64,000 bases of DNA from Lytechinus pictus (lineage: Eukaryota). Under the pieces are notes generated by a model, which saw only the letters and a list, made by a program, of their open reading frames with translations, was not told where the DNA came from and did not search any database. Of this stretch, positions 24,901 through 33,982 are shown in pieces. The position numbers and the translations under genes are program-made. The DNA lies in the NCBI RefSeq assembly GCF_037042905.1, contig NC_087245.1:20152001-20216000 (forward strand), given 5' to 3'. Every line of letters begins with the position of its first letter. Position 1 is the stretch's first letter.

Positions 24901-25249
24901 TGACCTCCCCATTATAATAAATCAATTGTTAAAAATCAAGTATAAATTACAATAAGTACAGCATACAAGCATATATAAGATTTTTTGTTAATTATACAAA
25001 TATTCATCAGTGTTGAGACTCGGTTTAATTTGTATTTCTCAATAGCATTTCTCACAGGATATATATATCATGTAGAATAGATGATTTAGATTCCATATAT
25101 TCCCTGTATATCAACTTATAAAACTCATTTCTTTCACTTTCATTCATCCGTCCTTGTCTTTTCTCTATCTTAGGGATGGTAACACCATAGTAACTGCATC
25201 AGGGGATACATCAGCAAGAGTTTTCAAGGTGCAGCAGCCAGACAGATAG
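12555..25249 (+). CDS. AAMP: Angio-associated migratory cell protein (AAMP; WD40 beta-propeller, Sqt1 family), 11 coding exons, ~417 aa
   Basis: Exons 12555-12639, 12979-13137, 13603-13722, 14171-14310, 19700-19844, 20665-20748, 21371-21486, 22870-22952, 23550-23640, 24151-24305, 25174-25249 join in frame (1254 nt) with compatible phases. Acidic N-terminus, then [74 protein letters not shown] and C-terminal VQQPDR*. These closely match vertebrate AAMP as I recall it (ends VQRPDR). Confidence 0.95.
12979..13137 (+). CDS. AAMP: AAMP coding exon 2 (acidic region, ...[14 protein letters not shown])
   Basis: ttag acceptor, G|GTGAGA donor, frame-compatible. Confidence 0.88.
13603..13722 (+). CDS. 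AAMP: AAMP coding exon 3 ([28 protein letters not shown]...)
   Basis: WD40 motif; AG and GTAAGA boundaries. Confidence 0.93.
13869..14068. mobile_element. Tc1/mariner-like MITE in AAMP intron 3
   Basis: TA-CAGTGGTGCTTGAAAGTTAGTGAA ... TTCACTAACTTTTGAGCACAGCTG-TA. Confidence 0.7.
14171..14310 (+). CDS. AAMP: AAMP coding exon 4 ([25 protein letters not shown]...SDLE)
   Basis: WD40 GH motif; canonical splice sites. Confidence 0.93.
14510..18430 (+). mobile_element. Apparently full-length L2/CR1-group non-LTR retrotransposon (LINE) in AAMP intron 4
   Basis: Begins after a (TA)n tract; ~390-nt leader; one uninterrupted 1122-aa ORF; short 3' UTR with AAGCGC...GCGCTATA stem-loop and (ATT)n tail typical of L2-group ends. 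Confidence 0.92.
14901..18269 (+). CDS. LINE ORF: N-terminal 2A-like peptide, APE endonuclease and reverse transcriptase
   Basis: Endonuclease motifs NARS, ETWL, GGGVA, YRPP, GDFN, LDL, SDH; RT motifs [34 protein letters not shown]-terminal LHWLP...[10 protein letters not shown]; no stops or frameshifts. Confidence 0.95.
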   Translation: MEGMRPFFIVSLMLTLLMFSNYHCTTSCIRTCSLPCINVWKQMLVKVKGYSNARILYYNNAIPTFNVTLLISGDVESNPGPDNDGQVNVKAENKLYRPICRSVNTKYLYSTPKLLELNPYNVHSRFKNLRVSEATWKQITTLHINRVKKTHRGKRAGKQTREKAEKNMHLNNDFLSKNIKFAMLNARSVKNKTAELADYIIEHNLDIIAVCETWLSPDDASPIGQLTPHGFTFKHVPRVGRRGGGVAVLFRSHLDVRIVDNPDITSFEMIQMTLNHEQKSLRLIAVYRPPGQRQLQTFFDEFSNLLDGHLLQTSDLIITGDFNIPMDSSTPTSNSFSELLSAYNLTQHINEPTHNRGHVLDLLITQKCNTVQLLKIHVKEGISDHSVLMCEFNIPKRSSNKKLVTTRNLKSLDPKEFANDTHFNSLILTHSCAKSVDEKVNLYNSLLTSALDKLAPKKQLIVTIHPNTEWYNQEIAKAKLLRRQLERRARSTKLEIHKQMYRTQKQHVNALIKKAQSNYHSKKVEDCKKDAKKLYKVANNLLNRKQPSPLPQHFTHGNQLQLANRFNQYFVDKIITIRQHFQIDTVQPSNNVCEPNSMWCEFQPVTLHEIETLVKNSRNKSCELDPVPTDLLKKCSSFLVPIITSIINDSLISGVVPQTFKTAVIHPTLKKLSLDQECLKNYRPISNLSFLSKLLERVVFSQLTSYLQEHELVDPRQSAYRPGHSVETLLVNLTDNIFRELDCDNITALVMLDMSSAFDTIDHAILIHRLTSLGISGTVLDWFTSYLTDRSQYVRIGNFASCKSSLQYGVPQGSVGGPLLFSLYIQPISQILKEHNINYHCYADDIQIYLSFKPSLSSLSLAIGKLEACLKDVKSWLTLNGLKLNDDKSEFLLLGSRKMLSKINYRSCRLNIGSTSITPSDRARNLGVIFDQDMSFRHHLTYVQQSVRYQLRNLSFIRKCLSKPAAEILIHSLISSRLDFANSLFCNLPKKDIIKLQRLQNSAARLLTLTKKSDSITPILRSLHWLPVDKRIIFKILLLVHHSVYSVSPLYLCNSISRYCPTRSLRSSSDTLLLQIPRTRHTWGDRAFSVMGPKLWNELPLRIRQLSSTESFKSQLKTYLFP
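19700..19844 (+). CDS. AAMP: AAMP coding exon 5 ([31 protein letters not shown]...)
   Basis: tgcag acceptor, G|GTATAT donor; AAMP-like sequence. Confidence 0.93.
20665..20748 (+). CDS. AAMP: AAMP coding exon 6 ([19 protein letters not shown]...FK), GC donor
   Basis: WD40 motif; the phase-1 donor needed by exon 7 is AAG|GCAAGT. Confidence 0.88.
21371..21486 (+). CDS. AAMP: AAMP coding exon 7 ([14 protein letters not shown]...NTGK)
   Basis: tttttcag acceptor, AAG|GTTTGT donor. Confidence 0.92.
21846..22851 (+). mobile_element. Helentron-associated (HINE/DINE-1-like) element in AAMP intron 7
   Basis: Subterminal IR GTCTCACCTGCA/TGCAGGTGAGAC; short internal IR (GTGAGAC); (GGC)n microsatellite; 4-5 central tandem units of ~160-190 bp (CAAGGTCAAAGGTCA core); T-rich flanks. 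Confidence 0.75.
22870..22952 (+). CDS. AAMP: AAMP coding exon 8 (VLATFSGG...[10 protein letters not shown])
   Basis: tttgcag acceptor, AG|GTAAGT donor. Confidence 0.92.
23550..23640 (+). CDS. AAMP: AAMP coding exon 9 ([31 protein letters not shown])
   Basis: strong polypyrimidine acceptor, GG|GTAAGT donor. Confidence 0.92.
23885..24043 (+). mobile_element. Diverged 3' fragment of the same HINE-like family (AAMP intron 9)
   Basis: GGTCACATGATCAAAGTCAAAGGTC and GCAGGCGAGAC...TTCCACTTGTT match 22600-22852. Confidence 0.65.
24151..24305 (+). CDS. AAMP: AAMP coding exon 10 (AGIVRLAWD...[12 protein letters not shown])
   Basis: tttgcag acceptor, CAG|GTCAGT donor; WD40. Confidence 0.92.
24289..24612 (+). 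repeat. 159-bp tandem duplication spanning the AAMP exon 10 donor
   Basis: GATCTTGCAATTAGCAGGT at 24289 and 24448; colinear similarity along the unit. Confidence 0.9.
25174..25249 (+). CDS. AAMP: AAMP last coding exon ([25 protein letters not shown])
   Basis: polypyrimidine + tag acceptor; TAG at 25247-25249; conserved C-terminus. Confidence 0.93.
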
Positions 25250-27295
25250 AAGAATTCAAACCAAAGTCTACATCCTTTTCTCTCTCTTGAGCAGCGGAGT
25301 ATTTTATTGTGAACACATAAGAGCTACCAGTATTTTTATCATGTCTTATTGTACTGGTACATTGTATAGCTTATAAAGCTTAAGAATGAACTATTTTACT
25401 ACCCTGATATGTGGTTGTGAGGATGGCTGTACAGAATTGCCTTCAGTGTATTGGAAAGACCAGTACATTTTTAAGATAATGAATCAGAAGAAATGTGAGG
25501 ATGAACATGTGCAAAGATCCCATGCACATTTCATAAAGAAACTATTGATCTGGCCTATTGATTATAGTGGTAACGATATTGGCAAAAAGCCTCAGCACTC
25601 AAATGTTTCCATCATAGTTCTCTAATTGCAAAGTTTCCATAATCATTAAAATTTGTATGAAACAGGCTAGAGACACTTTAATTGAGTTATTTCGGTAGAG
25701 TTGTCAGTTTGGAATGTGAAGACCTTGATATATTGATCTCTGATGTCACGGCAAATGTATTTTAAGGTTCATAAAGACAACAGGAAAATTAGATCTAAAC
25801 TTACTACTAAATTTAACAACATTTTGATGGGGACATGCGTGGTAGAAAGTGTTTACGCATTGATTCATGATTTTTCCAGTTGTTGAACTCAGACCATATG
25901 AATGATAATTTTTATTGCTTTATTTCTAGGTATTAATCTGTTGTAGACAGGTTTGCCTTGAGTTTTACCATATTCAAATTTGCTTCTTCTTTTTTCTTTG
26001 GGGGCCTATTCATAAGGTAAAGAATCAAACCTTTCATGAATGAACTACTGTAATACCTGGAATTGGGATATCCTGAAATTATGTATTCCTTCATAATGTG
26101 TGAAATTTCAGATTTCCAAGTATAGTGCTCAAAAGATAGTACATGCCCATGTGTGCATCAGGAATTTGACAAATCGACATCATTATTTTATTCATGAAGG
26201 AGGAATGTATTTGCCTTTGGTTAGGGTATAATGGCATTTAACATTGTGTAGCATTTACCTATTTATCAAACAACATGTGCAAGATAGCTGGTTCAGAGAT
26301 GTGAGCTGTAAGTCATATATTTCTTTGACATTAAAGGTCAGTGTCTTGATGGAAACTATCATATTTGACTGAAACATATCTGTAAACAAGCAGTTCCAGT
26401 TGCTTTGATAAACAAAGTTTCAGAAGACAAAATATGACATGCTTCCTCATTTGAGACGGATAAGAATAATTCACAACTTGTCATACTATGAGATTCTAGC
26501 CTATTGAGAACAGATTCTGATCCGTGTTGTGTATCATATACCACCAAATAACGAGATAAATACGTACATATATATATATGATACTGATTTTGTTGTCTCT
26601 AAAAAGGGGCTCTGATGAATCATTTGAGATTTTGAACATGGCATACAGCCTCTATTGTTTACTACAGAGAGTGGGCAGGTTACAGAGACACTCGGGTCAG
26701 TGACAAGCAATGGACGATATGTTCGGCAGGGACTTGTTACTTAATGAGGATGAGATTACCTGGCATAATGCTATGTTTTATGTGTGGACTTTAATTTAGA
26801 TGTGAGAAAAGAAAGGAAGACAGAAAGATGGAGAAGCCAGAGTGTCTAATCCTTGACCCTTATGGTATATCTGCTGGGCTACGTCATTTAGACTATGTCA
26901 TCAAGGAGTACTACTGTTGGCCGATTTATTGTTTGATTGATTGATTATATCCTACATAAATTAAATCATGTATGCGGATTGGTATAAATAGCATCTTGTT
27001 ACCAAACATATTCTCACTATTTTGCGATGATGTTGAAAATGAAACGCCCACTGAAGAAAAATTACTATTCCGTGACGTCAATGATGGAATAGTCCATCGT
27101 TGACGTCATAGATCGCGCAATCTCTCGGGCGCAGGCACAAATCCACGTTCCGCTGTGCGTGTAGCTTCAGGAAAAGTAGGTCAGTCAGCGCAGCGCATTA
27201 TCTATATTTTGGTTCAGATTAAAAAAAGATGAACTAGGTGTACAAGAACTAGATTATCAAGATCTGTTTGTAACATATTAAATGTAGGATATTAA

Positions 27296-27649
27296 ACAAA
27301 TATACCAGGCCTTTATTTCAAAAGTATAGAGGGAATTATTCATCCTTAGTTGTACTGGCAAAATTACCATTTTTCCCTCAGGGAAAGTACTGAAGTGTGA
27401 CTTTACTGTCATGACAACGAACCAGAGTGGTCCTAAACAGAGTCACAGCTGACGATCGTCTATACACATTTGTATTTGAAAAAATTACCATCATTCTGAG
27501 GTTGCAAGCGATGAGATTCCGTTAGCAGCCATTTTCTCTGATGAGAAACACGCTCCGGATTCAGGCCGCCATGACACCTTGGCAACTGACGTCATCGCTT
27601 CAGTACTCTATAATTCCCGCTATACTTACTCAAAGCCTGGTATATTTGT
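27296..27649. mobile_element. Inverted-repeat-bounded element (MITE-like)
   Basis: ACAAATATACCAGGC / GCCTGGTATATTTGT with further imperfect pairing (AAGTATAG-GGGAATTAT). Confidence 0.55.
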
Positions 27650-28304
27650 ATTTTATCACCGATTTACAAAATTTGACTCTCCATGCACATTGTTCTGTAT
27701 CTTCTATTCAATCTTATATTTTCCACTGATATTGGTATGCTTGCAAAACTCTGAACTTTGTACTGTCTTAATATTAACCAACGAACGTCATTTATACAGC
27801 AATTTGAACATGGCTTGTGGCTTGGATAGGGCTTATTTATGCCATTCACTCACATTGAATGCAGTTGAACTGTTAATGATAAATTATTATTGTCACAGTG
27901 TATTATTTCAGATATTACTTGCCGTCATTTTACTCTATACAATAAGGAAGCTGGAAAAAAATACATCATGTGGAAGTTGGCTTTTCATGCAGATTTCACC
28001 ATAAAATGAAATGTAGAGCTTTGACATAACCAGATTAATTATGCTGCATAATTGTTCAGTACCTAGCTATGGACTTCTGATAAAAAGGTGTTAGGTCTAA
28101 AGCAATTATTGTTCGTTTTATTTTTAAAGCTTTTTTCATTACATTTTCATTTTTCTAATCATGTGCCATGTGTGATTGATAATAACCAGGAAACATGGTA
28201 AAATTGACTTTTCTATAACCATTTTCAAAGAGGTTATTTTGAGCAATCTCTGTCTGGACCAGTCACTTGTTGAAAATCAAATGTTGAATGGAATTCTTGA
28301 AAAG

Positions 28305-28910
28305 TAATGTTGGAGTAGTCTCTTAATAAACCAAATTCAAGGAGATCCTTTGATAAACCAAGTTCAAAGAGACTACAAAGATCAGAGCCTTCAGAGGGCC
28401 TTTTTGCAAATATATTCAAAGACACCCTTTATTAAGCATGGTCAAAAGGGATTCTTTATGAACCGAAATCAAAGAGACTTCTCGCCCTTTCACACGGTAA
28501 AAAAAACCGTAATTTGAATGATTCCAGTGAAAAATAAGGCTAATGACGAATTTTTAGCACGTGTGAAACCAAACTAGAAAAGAATTCATTCCAATTAAGT
28601 TTCACTCAAATTATGGTACAAATTTTCTCTGTGATAGGTCCAATGATTCTAAAGACGAATTGCAATCATTACAAAGATGATTCATGATTCACGTGTGAAA
28701 AGCCCTTCATGAACTAAGTTTAATTGAGACCCCTTATGAACCAAATTCAAAGAGACGTCATTCACTTAGTTCAAAGACTGACTTTATAAACCCAGTTAAA
28801 AGAAATACTTTATGAACCAAGTTAGACACTCCTTTTATATCCTGGTTTATGTAACTTCCTCCATAGAGTCTGGGTTCAAAGAAACTTGATAAATAGCAAG
28901 GTCAAAAGAG
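28305..28910. repeat. Degenerate tandem array (TTTATGAACCAAGTTCAAAGAGAC-like units) with an internal insertion
   Basis: Motif recurs at ~28325, 28350, 28455, 28735, 28785, 28808. Confidence 0.55.
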
Positions 28911-31189
28911 TTCAGTGACTCTTTTGTCACTTGTGCTCAATATGTCAATGGACCAAGAACCAGGATGTCCCGACTCTTGCTGCTTTGTATTATCTTTTTG
29001 AGATCTTTCATCCAGTTTGTCTCCAGAGTACTTTCTTTTGTACTATGTTACAAGCCACATTGCTTGTATCTAAAAGTGATGGGGGGGGGGGTGGGCAGAA
29101 GTGTCATTCTGGAAAAAATTCAGATTTACAATTTATTTGATTTTACTTCATGTAACTATCAAAATGAATTTCAAATTTGCTTCCAAAGCAGTATCCAGGA
29201 TTCACTTAACTTTTCCATTTTATATTTATATCATATGCACTTTCTGTCAGTGCATACATCTATCATTTGTATCACTCACATGGAGTATATAATAAAATAT
29301 TCAAGTACAACACACCACTCTCTGAAATTGCTTAATGTTTGAAGTTGCTTTGTAGTTTAAATTAGAAGTCCATATTACAAAACTGATGTTGCTTTCATTC
29401 ACAATTAATTTTTACACCCTTTTATCTCATTGAATACAAAAATGCTTTCACCTTTTTATAAATACTTTACCATCACACACATGTCTATTTGTTTTTTTTT
29501 CTTCACATATTACTTCTCTTTCACACCACACATTTTTCTACAATTTTGTTATTCATTTCACATTTTTGTTCACCATACTACCCATTTTTTATCACTTCTT
29601 TCTACTTGCAAAACAATTAAATTCACATTCAATAAACAGACAATGAACATGATTCTTACGTGCATATTATTTTAATACTTTTCTCCAACATTCCTAAGTT
29701 GATTAAAAAGGCAAATTTGCACGCATTAAACACTACTACAAGGTCAATCTATAAAGGGTTATAACAAAATGAATCCTGTAAGTGGTGTTATTGTTTATGG
29801 TTTTTTTTCTAGAAAAACTAAGATATTGATATCAGCACTCATAATATGGGACTGCATGTAAATCCAAGTATTCTGCTCTTCAGGCATATTACCCCTTAGA
29901 AAGACAAACCTTACAAGATACAATGATAAAATGGTGTGTGTGTGTGGGGTGGGGGGGGGGGTAGGCTTGTAATACATGGATGCTCTGATCCACAGAAAAG
30001 CTCAGACGGTTGTTAAAAAAGATTTGCCTCTGCAAAGAAATCTGTGAATAAACCACAGAAATGGATGAGCAAGATTTTGCCTAGTTCCGGGCCTTTTCTC
30101 ATGAAGCAAACTTTTCTATGGGCATTTTGCATATGGTAGTCTTATTCAGCATGATAATACATGAAAGTGCATGGAACAAGAAATTATCTGAAGTATGATT
30201 TTTATGCAAAGAAGAACATCACACCTGCATATTGTGGAAATATCGCAAAATTGTTCAGGTAATCACTTTCCCTGTCCAGCTGATAGGGATTATGATTCAG
30301 GTCACTCAGAGTGAGTTTGGGTTTCATACGTGGCTTGAGATGAATATTTTCAATTTACGCAAACCAATATACGAACCAGAAGCCTAAACTACCCAGCAGT
30401 CATTACAACTATTGTCAACCTCTTTCCAGAAGGGAATTATTTTACACGTCAAATCATTGTAATAATAATAATATTTTTTTTATATAGCGCTCAAATGTAA
30501 GCATGATTTGGAGTACTTGCTGGTTGAGCAAATGTCCTCGAAATCTTCTTATAAGATGTACATGATTCAGAGAAACACAGTAATACATGTATAATGTACT
30601 CTGTTAAAAATACTGATGGTTTGTTTACAATGCCCTTTTCTGTACACAAACATGAACATTGTTCATGTTCTAATGAATACCGTAAAAAAAACATGCCATA
30701 GGAAGGATATATTTCTGAAAGCCAATAACTAGGCATTCACTAATAATTATAGAATATAATAATCATCCCTACATCTTCACCACATATATGTAAGATCAAC
30801 AGGATTTGCGACTTGATATGCTCTTTGTCCAAAAGAACATTGAATAATGTAGACTATTTGAACGAATAATTTATATCTGGAATTCAAAGCCGTAGCTGAT
30901 TCTTTTAGTCTCCATAAAGTGGAACTTGTGTCAACAATTTAAATATAATTGACTCCTGGCTAAGACTAATACATCAAGATTAGTCAGCCAAGGAGTGTCT
31001 GAAAGAAAGCTTCATTTCAGATAATTAAAGATATAATTGAGGGCATCCACTAATAAATTGTGAGTGTTGTTATCAGAAGGCATGATGAAAACAATTTTGA
31101 TATAATTATCCTTGACAAAACCTAATGATAATGGGTGAAAATTAATTATATGACACCTAGATAGATCATTGTGATTTGATTGGTTGTTT

Positions 31190-31578
31190 GATATCGTTAA
31201 TTCAGCCCATTTTGCAATGACGTCATCAACCGTGCAATTTTGGATCCACACAGTTTTGTCTATTGCACTCGCGCACCGAGACTGCAGCTCATGCACCAGC
31301 AGTGCGCATGTTGTAATGACGTAACAATCAACAGACCAAACTCGCACTGCATGAGCATGTTTTGCATCGAAATTCATGAATTTCATATGAAAAAAATTAG
31401 GTGTCATATAAACCAAATAATGATTTTTTTTTCATTCTTGCAATGGACAGAATACTTCATTCGGTGAAAGATGAAATAATGATCCATTCAACTCGACTAC
31501 GCCTCTTTGAATGGATCATGTCATCTTTCACGTCATGAAGTATTCTGTCCATTGCACTCATAAACATTCATTATTTAT
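31190..31578. mobile_element. Diverged relative of the hairpin-terminated element
   Basis: Same skeleton TGCAATGG...CATTCGGTGAAAGA...TTCAACTCG.CTA.GCCTC.TTGAA...TCTTTCAC.TCATG...CCATTGCACTCAT. Confidence 0.62.
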
Positions 31579-33139
31579 TATTATAGTAATGAGTATTATT
31601 CATGGAGCTATCATGAAGTATAAATTAAATAAGAAAAAAACACTCTTTACCTATTAAAGCAGTTTAAGCAATGTTGAGGGGTTTCTATAATTATCTGCAC
31701 AAGCGTACAGAGCAGTGACAGTTCATAGTATTGCAGTTAATAAGTTACAGATTAAAATCAGTACATATAGCTTTTGCTAGCACTAAATGTATAAGAAAGC
31801 TGTAATAAACAAAAAATCCAGGCTGGCTGGCCATGTTAGCCTGACATGACAAGACTTTGCCAAGGAAAAAAGGAAAATAAAGCTTTCATAACTTAATGTA
31901 CCAAGTATTAACTGTGTAGCTTCTGTGGTATAAGCACCTAGATATACATGTAGTCACCTCCACGGAGTACAGTTTTTCTTTCCCTCACCCTCCCTATACT
32001 TTCAATCAATACACATGCTTTGTATAGAGGAAAACACCACCACTTCAGCAATCACACCTTTGCTCCACTGCAACTGCAAGTTGACTGCCGTGAACTCTGA
32101 TATCCCTAAATAATAAATAGACATAGCACAGCAAGTAGAAAACTAATAGGATTATATAGGTAACAGGTCATGCTTCATGACAAATGAATAAATAAGGCAT
32201 AACTAAAAAGCAACATACATGTAACACACCAGTAATGAAGTATACAGTTAATACACACACCATAATACCGATGGTAAAATAATACCAATTTTATGAAAGA
32301 AAATATCAGAATGGGTCTCCTTTATTTTCATTCATGCCAGAGATTGTATTGTATGAAGAGTGATGAGTCAGTTGTAGATCAATGGTGTTGTGAAACCCAT
32401 GCTTTGAAGAATCTTGGAATTTAAGGGTACTAGTATACTATATTTAGGATCCGTTTAACATTCTTGTGGATATCATTGGGTTGTAGACTGTGGAGCTAAA
32501 CACAACAAAATTACAAAAGGCTATTCAACTACATGCAGAATATGCCAAATACATAAGTATAAGGCATGTACTCCAACAAAACAATTCAAACCCCACATGG
32601 ATTAATCTAAGAAGTTAGATAATCAGGGGTGGAAGTAAAAGTACTCAAGAGAATGGCCATTTTTTAACAGAAATCTTCCTTGCTATAGATAAGTAGCCAC
32701 AATTTTCTTAAAATTATATGATCCTTCCAACCATATATTATTGAAGTACTGATTTTAAACTCAACAAGTTTCATTTAGGCATGCAATTGGGGACCGAATT
32801 CGCCATGCAGCATGAGGGATAGAAACACAAACAGTACCTGTTAAAACCACTGTAAGACAGTGAGACATTACCCCAATTATTCTTATCTCAAGGAAACTTT
32901 CTCAAGATTACCAAGTTGGTTGTGTCATAGCAAGAAAAAATATTATTTTTACATGCTACCTTGGCAATGTTTGCATATCAAGAATTGTCTGTAATTCTAA
33001 TGCATTGAATGGGAATAACAATTTGTGTTGGTATTTATAGGTTCTGGGTTATTTGCCTTTCACCAGTGATATATTAGTAGTTTCAAGCCATCGCTGTTGA
33101 AATTTCTTGAACCTCATATTCCAAGTTATGGGAAATGCA

Positions 33140-33982
33140 TCATGCTGTAATAAGAGGAATTGTTCCGGTAGTTGCCGTTACTGCAGTCTCCACAATCGAC
33201 TTTGGTAGCAGCGTATGAATTCTCTCTTGCAGTGTCTTGCGCTTGGCCATGCCATCACAAACAGAACACTGCTTCTTGGAAGCAAGGTTGGATTCCGAGT
33301 CCATGTCTGAATCCTTAGGGTTCTTCATGCCTTGACGTCTTGACAACAGAGGACATTTAACGTCCGGAAGATATTCTGACGGGGTTGGAGTCGAAGTGCG
33401 CTGTCCTTGAGTTGCGGAGCGGTTGATCTGGTGTGAGCGACTTTTCATCGGACTTCCTGGATCACTGTTGTTGGAGAGAATCGCAGATGTGTCGTGGTAA
33501 GCAACAAGAAGGGCATGGTAGAATGAAATCAGAGCCTGGCCAACATCATCTACCTTAGTCCGTAACCAATAGTCATCCTTGAATTCTCTGGTAAGACATT
33601 GCTGACAACTTAAAGGCTCCAGCTTTTCATTACCTTGGAGGTGGCAAGGAGAGGTATTGCCGTCAGCCATTCTTCGAGAGTCGAGGTGATCCTGATCAAG
33701 GTTACAGCAACACTGCCTGCAATTCGGACAAGGGGATAGCTCAGAGGGTGCTGACGATTGGTCGGAAGCAGAGTGGACCACATTGGGTGGTGGCAGCATG
33801 ATCTCGCTCTGGTGAGATGAAACCTGGGTTGCCTTGAGAGGGCGAACTCCGTGGAACACATGACTGTAGTTGTCCGAAGCCGGTGCCATTCCTGGAACTG
33901 CAGAGTGGTGCTGCATGAGCAGAACTGACCAACAGACGATGGCACTACACAAGGAGTATGCAGCCAGACACATACCAATCAT
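33140..33982 (-). CDS. CNPPD1: CNPPD1 last coding exon (hydrophobic segment plus long Cys/Ser/Pro-rich tail)
   Basis: ttttgtag acceptor directly before the 280-codon ORF in the track; phase 0 fits exon 8. Confidence 0.87.
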   Translation of the reverse strand: MIGMCLAAYSLCSAIVCWSVLLMQHHSAVPGMAPASDNYSHVFHGVRPLKATQVSSHQSEIMLPPPNVVHSASDQSSAPSELSPCPNCRQCCCNLDQDHLDSRRMADGNTSPCHLQGNEKLEPLSCQQCLTREFKDDYWLRTKVDDVGQALISFYHALLVAYHDTSAILSNNSDPGSPMKSRSHQINRSATQGQRTSTPTPSEYLPDVKCPLLSRRQGMKNPKDSDMDSESNLASKKQCSVCDGMAKRKTLQERIHTLLPKSIVETAVTATTGTIPLITA

